Source of the DNA: Hydrurus foetidus
Lineage: Eukaryota
NCBI GenBank assembly: GCA_900617105.1
Contig: UYFQ01000001.1
Span: 2,666,001-2,730,000 of the forward strand
DNA length: 64,000 nt
Reading direction: 5' to 3'
Shown here: one piece after another, positions 12,101-21,100 of the stretch
Layout of the letters: each line of letters opens with the position of its first letter
Numbering within the stretch: position 1 is the first letter of the stretch
Position numbers and translations under genes: made by a program
The notes under the pieces: model-generated
What the model saw: only the letters and a program-made list of their open reading frames with translations
Database searches by the model: none
Told to the model about the DNA's origin: nothing

Positions 12101-15100
12101 GGTGATGACCACGGTGGCCGTGATCGCCTGGCCGGGTGTGCCGCCCGGCGTGCTGGTAATCGCTATGGCCACGTCGCTAAGGGCGGTCAGCGGCGTCGCG
12201 GCCGTGGCGGTGTTGTTGGCGGGGTTGGAGTCCGCTGTCGTGGTCGTGACCACGGCGTTAAACGTCTGCACGGTCAGGCTGCCCGCGGGCACGCTGTAGA
12301 CGATGGTGGTCGTCACGGTCGCGCCGCTGGCCAAGCTGCCCACCGGGATCAGCTGGATCGTGCCGTTGGGCAACGTCACGGTGGCGTTGACCGCTGTCGC
12401 CGGGCTCGGCCCGTTGTTGGTGATGACCACGGTGGCCGTGATCGCCTGGCCGGGTGTGCCGCCCGGCGTGCTGGTAATCGCTATGGCCACGTCGCTAAGG
12501 GCGGTCAGCGGCGTCGCGGCCGTGGCGGTGTTGTTGGCGGGGTTGGAGTCCGCTGTCGTGGTCGTGACCACGGCGTTAAACGTCTGCACGGTCAGGCTGC
12601 CCGCGGGCACGCTGTAGACGATGGTGGTCGTCACGGTCGCGCCGCTGGCCAAGCTGCCCACCGGGATCAGCTGGATCGTGCCGTTGGGCAACGTCACGGT
12701 GGCGTTGACCGCTGTCGCCGGGCTCGGCCCGTTGTTGGTGATGACCACGGTGGCCGTGATCGCCTGGCCGGGTGTGCCGCCCGGCGTGCTGGTAATCGCT
12801 ATGGCCACGTCGCTAAGGGCGGTCAGCGGCGTCGCGGCCGTGGCGGTGTTGTTGGCGGGGTTGGAGTCCGCTGTCGTGGTCGTGACCACGGCGTTAAACG
12901 TCTGCACGGTCAGGCTGCCCGCGGGCACGCTGTAGACGATGGTGGTCGTCACGGTCGCGCCGCTGGCCAAGCTGCCCACCGGGATCAGCTGGATCGTGCC
13001 GTTGGGCAACGTCACGGTGGCGTTGACCGCTGTCGCCGGGCTCGGCCCGTTGTTGGTGATGACCACGGTGGCCGTGATCGCCTGGCCGGGTGTGCCGCCC
13101 GGCGTGCTGGTAATCGCTATGGCCACGTCGCTAAGGGCGGTCAGCGGCGTCGCGGCCGTGGCGGTGTTGTTGGCGGGGTTGGAGTCCGCTGTCGTGGTCG
13201 TGACCACGGCGTTAAACGTCTGCACGGTCAGGCTGCCCGCGGGCACGCTGTAGACGATGGTGGTCGTCACGGTCGCGCCGCTGGCCAAGCTGCCCACCGG
13301 GATCAGCTGGATCGTGCCGTTGGGCAACGTCACGGTGGCGTTGACCGCTGTCGCCGGGCTCGGCCCGTTGTTGGTGATGACCACGGTGGCCGTGATCGCC
13401 TGGCCGGGTGTGCCGCCCGGCGTGCTGGTAATCGCTATGGCCACGTCGCTAAGGGCGGTCAGCGGCGTCGCGGCCGTGGCGGTGTTGTTGGCGGGGTTGG
13501 AGTCCGCTGTCGTGGTCGTGACCACGGCGTTAAACGTCTGCACGGTCAGGCTGCCCGCGGGCACGCTGTAGACGATGGTGGTCGTCACGGTCGCGCCGCT
13601 GGCCAAGCTGCCCACCGGGATCAGCTGGATCGTGCCGTTGGGCAACGTCACGGTGGCGTTGACCGCTGTCGCCGGGCTCGGCCCGTTGTTGGTGATGACC
13701 ACGGTGGCCGTGATCGCCTGGCCGGGTGTGCCGCCCGGCGTGCTGGTAATCGCTATGGCCACGTCGCTAAGGGCGGTCAGCGGCGTCGCGGCCGTGGCGG
13801 TGTTGTTGGCGGGGTTGGAGTCCGCTGTCGTGGTCGTGACCACGGCGTTAAACGTCTGCACGGTCAGGCTGCCCGCGGGCACGCTGTAGACGATGGTGGT
13901 CGTCACGGTCGCGCCGCTGGCCAAGCTGCCCACCGGGATCAGCTGGATCGTGCCGTTGGGCAACGTCACGGTGGCGTTGACCGCTGTCGCCGGGCTCGGC
14001 CCGTTGTTGGTGATGACCACGGTGGCCGTGATCGCCTGGCCGGGTGTGCCGCCCGGCGTGCTGGTAATCGCTATGGCCACGTCGCTAAGGGCGGTCAGCG
14101 GCGTCGCGGCCGTGGCGGTGTTGTTGGCGGGGTTGGAGTCCGCTGTCGTGGTCGTGACCACGGCGTTAAACGTCTGCACGGTCAGGCTGCCCGCGGGCAC
14201 GCTGTAGACGATGGTGGTCGTCACGGTCGCGCCGCTGGCCAAGCTGCCCACCGGGATCAGCTGGATCGTGCCGTTGGGCAACGTCACGGTGGCGTTGACC
14301 GCTGTCGCCGGGCTCGGCCCGTTGTTGGTGATGACCACGGTGGCCGTGATCGCCTGGCCGGGTGTGCCGCCCGGCGTGCTGGTAATCGCTATGGCCACGT
14401 CGCTAAGGGCGGTCAGCGGCGTCGCGGCCGTGGCGGTGTTGTTGGCGGGGTTGGAGTCCGCTGTCGTGGTCGTGACCACGGCGTTAAACGTCTGCACGGT
14501 CAGGCTGCCCGCGGGCACGCTGTAGACGATGGTGGTCGTCACGGTCGCGCCGCTGGCCAAGCTGCCCACCGGGATCAGCTGGATCGTGCCGTTGGGCAAC
14601 GTCACGGTGGCGTTGACCGCTGTCGCCGGGCTCGGCCCGTTGTTGGTGATGACCACGGTGGCCGTGATCGCCTGGCCGGGTGTGCCGCCCGGCGTGCTGG
14701 TAATCGCTATGGCCACGTCGCTAAGGGCGGTCAGCGGCGTCGCGGCCGTGGCGGTGTTGTTGGCGGGGTTGGAGTCCGCTGTCGTGGTCGTGACCACGGC
14801 GTTAAACGTCTGCACGGTCAGGCTGCCCGCGGGCACGCTGTAGACGATGGTGGTCGTCACGGTCGCGCCGCTGGCCAAGCTGCCCACCGGGATCAGCTGG
14901 ATCGTGCCGTTGGGCAACGTCACGGTGGCGTTGACCGCTGTCGCCGGGCTCGGCCCGTTGTTGGTGATGACCACGGTGGCCGTGATCGCCTGGCCGGGTG
15001 TGCCGCCCGGCGTGCTGGTAATCGCTATGGCCACGTCGCTAAGGGCGGTCAGCGGCGTCGCGGCCGTGGCGGTGTTGTTGGCGGGGTTGGAGTCCGCTGT

Positions 15101-18100
15101 CGTGGTCGTGACCACGGCGTTAAACGTCTGCACGGTCAGGCTGCCCGCGGGCACGCTGTAGACGATGGTGGTCGTCACGGTCGCGCCGCTGGCCAAGCTG
15201 CCCACCGGGATCAGCTGGATCGTGCCGTTGGGCAACGTCACGGTGGCGTTGACCGCTGTCGCCGGGCTCGGCCCGTTGTTGGTGATGACCACGGTGGCCG
15301 TGATCGCCTGGCCGGGTGTGCCGCCCGGCGTGCTGGTAATCGCTATGGCCACGTCGCTAAGGGCGGTCAGCGGCGTCGCGGCCGTGGCGGTGTTGTTGGC
15401 GGGGTTGGAGTCCGCTGTCGTGGTCGTGACCACGGCGTTAAACGTCTGCACGGTCAGGCTGCCCGCGGGCACGCTGTAGACGATGGTGGTCGTCACGGTC
15501 GCGCCGCTGGCCAAGCTGCCCACCGGGATCAGCTGGATCGTGCCGTTGGGCAACGTCACGGTGGCGTTGACCGCTGTCGCCGGGCTCGGCCCGTTGTTGG
15601 TGATGACCACGGTGGCCGTGATCGCCTGGCCGGGTGTGCCGCCCGGCGTGCTGGTAATCGCTATGGCCACGTCGCTAAGGGCGGTCAGCGGCGTCGCGGC
15701 CGTGGCGGTGTTGTTGGCGGGGTTGGAGTCCGCTGTCGTGGTCGTGACCACGGCGTTAAACGTCTGCACGGTCAGGCTGCCCGCGGGCACGCTGTAGACG
15801 ATGGTGGTCGTCACGGTCGCGCCGCTGGCCAAGCTGCCCACCGGGATCAGCTGGATCGTGCCGTTGGGCAACGTCACGGTGGCGTTGACCGCTGTCGCCG
15901 GGCTCGGCCCGTTGTTGGTGATGACCACGGTGGCCGTGATCGCCTGGCCGGGTGTGCCGCCCGGCGTGCTGGTAATCGCTATGGCCACGTCGCTAAGGGC
16001 GGTCAGCGGCGTCGCGGCCGTGGCGGTGTTGTTGGCGGGGTTGGAGTCCGCTGTCGTGGTCGTGACCACGGCGTTAAACGTCTGCACGGTCAGGCTGCCC
16101 GCGGGCACGCTGTAGACGATGGTGGTCGTCACGGTCGCGCCGCTGGCCAAGCTGCCCACCGGGATCAGCTGGATCGTGCCGTTGGGCAACGTCACGGTGG
16201 CGTTGACCGCTGTCGCCGGGCTCGGCCCGTTGTTGGTGATGACCACGGTGGCCGTGATCGCCTGGCCGGGTGTGCCGCCCGGCGTGCTGGTAATCGCTAT
16301 GGCCACGTCGCTAAGGGCGGTCAGCGGCGTCGCGGCCGTGGCGGTGTTGTTGGCGGGGTTGGAGTCCGCTGTCGTGGTCGTGACCACGGCGTTAAACGTC
16401 TGCACGGTCAGGCTGCCCGCGGGCACGCTGTAGACGATGGTGGTCGTCACGGTCGCGCCGCTGGCCAAGCTGCCCACCGGGATCAGCTGGATCGTGCCGT
16501 TGGGCAACGTCACGGTGGCGTTGACCGCTGTCGCCGGGCTCGGCCCGTTGTTGGTGATGACCACGGTGGCCGTGATCGCCTGGCCGGGTGTGCCGCCCGG
16601 CGTGCTGGTAATCGCTATGGCCACGTCGCTAAGGGCGGTCAGCGGCGTCGCGGCCGTGGCGGTGTTGTTGGCGGGGTTGGAGTCCGCTGTCGTGGTCGTG
16701 ACCACGGCGTTAAACGTCTGCACGGTCAGGCTGCCCGCGGGCACGCTGTAGACGATGGTGGTCGTCACGGTCGCGCCGCTGGCCAAGCTGCCCACCGGGA
16801 TCAGCTGGATCGTGCCGTTGGGCAACGTCACGGTGGCGTTGACCGCTGTCGCCGGGCTCGGCCCGTTGTTGGTGATGACCACGGTGGCCGTGATCGCCTG
16901 GCCGGGTGTGCCGCCCGGCGTGCTGGTAATCGCTATGGCCACGTCGCTAAGGGCGGTCAGCGGCGTCGCGGCCGTGGCGGTGTTGTTGGCGGGGTTGGAG
17001 TCCGCTGTCGTGGTCGTGACCACGGCGTTAAACGTCTGCACGGTCAGGCTGCCCGCGGGCACGCTGTAGACGATGGTGGTCGTCACGGTCGCGCCGCTGG
17101 CCAAGCTGCCCACCGGGATCAGCTGGATCGTGCCGTTGGGCAACGTCACGGTGGCGTTGACCGCTGTCGCCGGGCTCGGCCCGTTGTTGGTGATGACCAC
17201 GGTGGCCGTGATCGCCTGGCCGGGTGTGCCGCCCGGCGTGCTGGTAATCGCTATGGCCACGTCGCTAAGGGCGGTCAGCGGCGTCGCGGCCGTGGCGGTG
17301 TTGTTGGCGGGGTTGGAGTCCGCTGTCGTGGTCGTGACCACGGCGTTAAACGTCTGCACGGTCAGGCTGCCCGCGGGCACGCTGTAGACGATGGTGGTCG
17401 TCACGGTCGCGCCGCTGGCCAAGCTGCCCACCGGGATCAGCTGGATCGTGCCGTTGGGCAACGTCACGGTGGCGTTGACCGCTGTCGCCGGGCTCGGCCC
17501 GTTGTTGGTGATGACCACGGTGGCCGTGATCGCCTGGCCGGGTGTGCCGCCCGGCGTGCTGGTAATCGCTATGGCCACGTCGCTAAGGGCGGTCAGCGGC
17601 GTCGCGGCCGTGGCGGTGTTGTTGGCGGGGTTGGAGTCCGCTGTCGTGGTCGTGACCACGGCGTTAAACGTCTGCACGGTCAGGCTGCCCGCGGGCACGC
17701 TGTAGACGATGGTGGTCGTCACGGTCGCGCCGCTGGCCAAGCTGCCCACCGGGATCAGCTGGATCGTGCCGTTGGGCAACGTCACGGTGGCGTTGACCGC
17801 TGTCGCCGGGCTCGGCCCGTTGTTGGTGATGACCACGGTGGCCGTGATCGCCTGGCCGGGTGTGCCGCCCGGCGTGCTGGTAATCGCTATGGCCACGTCG
17901 CTAAGGGCGGTCAGCGGCGTCGCGGCCGTGGCGGTGTTGTTGGCGGGGTTGGAGTCCGCTGTCGTGGTCGTGACCACGGCGTTAAACGTCTGCACGGTCA
18001 GGCTGCCCGCGGGCACGCTGTAGACGATGGTGGTCGTCACGGTCGCGCCGCTGGCCAAGCTGCCCACCGGGATCAGCTGGATCGTGCCGTTGGGCAACGT

Positions 18101-21100
18101 CACGGTGGCGTTGACCGCTGTCGCCGGGCTCGGCCCGTTGTTGGTGATGACCACGGTGGCCGTGATCGCCTGGCCGGGTGTGCCGCCCGGCGTGCTGGTA
18201 ATCGCTATGGCCACGTCGCTAAGGGCGGTCAGCGGCGTCGCGGCCGTGGCGGTGTTGTTGGCGGGGTTGGAGTCCGCTGTCGTGGTCGTGACCACGGCGT
18301 TAAACGTCTGCACGGTCAGGCTGCCCGCGGGCACGCTGTAGACGATGGTGGTCGTCACGGTCGCGCCGCTGGCCAAGCTGCCCACCGGGATCAGCTGGAT
18401 CGTGCCGTTGGGCAACGTCACGGTGGCGTTGACCGCTGTCGCCGGGCTCGGCCCGTTGTTGGTGATGACCACGGTGGCCGTGATCGCCTGGCCGGGTGTG
18501 CCGCCCGGCGTGCTGGTAATCGCTATGGCCACGTCGCTAAGGGCGGTCAGCGGCGTCGCGGCCGTGGCGGTGTTGTTGGCGGGGTTGGAGTCCGCTGTCG
18601 TGGTCGTGACCACGGCGTTAAACGTCTGCACGGTCAGGCTGCCCGCGGGCACGCTGTAGACGATGGTGGTCGTCACGGTCGCGCCGCTGGCCAAGCTGCC
18701 CACCGGGATCAGCTGGATCGTGCCGTTGGGCAACGTCACGGTGGCGTTGACCGCTGTCGCCGGGCTCGGCCCGTTGTTGGTGATGACCACGGTGGCCGTG
18801 ATCGCCTGGCCGGGTGTGCCGCCCGGCGTGCTGGTAATCGCTATGGCCACGTCGCTAAGGGCGGTCAGCGGCGTCGCGGCCGTGGCGGTGTTGTTGGCGG
18901 GGTTGGAGTCCGCTGTCGTGGTCGTGACCACGGCGTTAAACGTCTGCACGGTCAGGCTGCCCGCGGGCACGCTGTAGACGATGGTGGTCGTCACGGTCGC
19001 GCCGCTGGCCAAGCTGCCCACCGGGATCAGCTGGATCGTGCCGTTGGGCAACGTCACGGTGGCGTTGACCGCTGTCGCCGGGCTCGGCCCGTTGTTGGTG
19101 ATGACCACGGTGGCCGTGATCGCCTGGCCGGGTGTGCCGCCCGGCGTGCTGGTAATCGCTATGGCCACGTCGCTAAGGGCGGTCAGCGGCGTCGCGGCCG
19201 TGGCGGTGTTGTTGGCGGGGTTGGAGTCCGCTGTCGTGGTCGTGACCACGGCGTTAAACGTCTGCACGGTCAGGCTGCCCGCGGGCACGCTGTAGACGAT
19301 GGTGGTCGTCACGGTCGCGCCGCTGGCCAAGCTGCCCACCGGGATCAGCTGGATCGTGCCGTTGGGCAACGTCACGGTGGCGTTGACCGCTGTCGCCGGG
19401 CTCGGCCCGTTGTTGGTGATGACCACGGTGGCCGTGATCGCCTGGCCGGGTGTGCCGCCCGGCGTGCTGGTAATCGCTATGGCCACGTCGCTAAGGGCGG
19501 TCAGCGGCGTCGCGGCCGTGGCGGTGTTGTTGGCGGGGTTGGAGTCCGCTGTCGTGGTCGTGACCACGGCGTTAAACGTCTGCACGGTCAGGCTGCCCGC
19601 GGGCACGCTGTAGACGATGGTGGTCGTCACGGTCGCGCCGCTGGCCAAGCTGCCCACCGGGATCAGCTGGATCGTGCCGTTGGGCAACGTCACGGTGGCG
19701 TTGACCGCTGTCGCCGGGCTCGGCCCGTTGTTGGTGATGACCACGGTGGCCGTGATCGCCTGGCCGGGTGTGCCGCCCGGCGTGCTGGTAATCGCTATGG
19801 CCACGTCGCTAAGGGCGGTCAGCGGCGTCGCGGCCGTGGCGGTGTTGTTGGCGGGGTTGGAGTCCGCTGTCGTGGTCGTGACCACGGCGTTAAACGTCTG
19901 CACGGTCAGGCTGCCCGCGGGCACGCTGTAGACGATGGTGGTCGTCACGGTCGCGCCGCTGGCCAAGCTGCCCACCGGGATCAGCTGGATCGTGCCGTTG
20001 GGCAACGTCACGGTGGCGTTGACCGCTGTCGCCGGGCTCGGCCCGTTGTTGGTGATGACCACGGTGGCCGTGATCGCCTGGCCGGGTGTGCCGCCCGGCG
20101 TGCTGGTAATCGCTATGGCCACGTCGCTAAGGGCGGTCAGCGGCGTCGCGGCCGTGGCGGTGTTGTTGGCGGGGTTGGAGTCCGCTGTCGTGGTCGTGAC
20201 CACGGCGTTAAACGTCTGCACGGTCAGGCTGCCCGCGGGCACGCTGTAGACGATGGTGGTCGTCACGGTCGCGCCGCTGGCCAAGCTGCCCACCGGGATC
20301 AGCTGGATCGTGCCGTTGGGCAACGTCACGGTGGCGTTGACCGCTGTCGCCGGGCTCGGCCCGTTGTTGGTGATGACCACGGTGGCCGTGATCGCCTGGC
20401 CGGGTGTGCCGCCCGGCGTGCTGGTAATCGCTATGGCCACGTCGCTAAGGGCGGTCAGCGGCGTCGCGGCCGTGGCGGTGTTGTTGGCGGGGTTGGAGTC
20501 CGCTGTCGTGGTCGTGACCACGGCGTTAAACGTCTGCACGGTCAGGCTGCCCGCGGGCACGCTGTAGACGATGGTGGTCGTCACGGTCGCGCCGCTGGCC
20601 AAGCTGCCCACCGGGATCAGCTGGATCGTGCCGTTGGGCAACGTCACGGTGGCGTTGACCGCTGTCGCCGGGCTCGGCCCGTTGTTGGTGATGACCACGG
20701 TGGCCGTGATCGCCTGGCCGGGTGTGCCGCCCGGCGTGCTGGTAATCGCTATGGCCACGTCGCTAAGGGCGGTCAGCGGCGTCGCGGCCGTGGCGGTGTT
20801 GTTGGCGGGGTTGGAGTCCGCTGTCGTGGTCGTGACCACGGCGTTAAACGTCTGCACGGTCAGGCTGCCCGCGGGCACGCTGTAGACGATGGTGGTCGTC
20901 ACGGTCGCGCCGCTGGCCAAGCTGCCCACCGGGATCAGCTGGATCGTGCCGTTGGGCAACGTCACGGTGGCGTTGACCGCTGTCGCCGGGCTCGGCCCGT
21001 TGTTGGTGATGACCACGGTGGCCGTGATCGCCTGGCCGGGTGTGCCGCCCGGCGTGCTGGTAATCGCTATGGCCACGTCGCTAAGGGCGGTCACCCCAAG

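Noticed and set aside
8352..21093. CRISPR array or diversity-generating cassette array
   Set aside because: No spacers or variable segments; continuous in-frame coding repeats; no cas, RT or recombinase gene nearby
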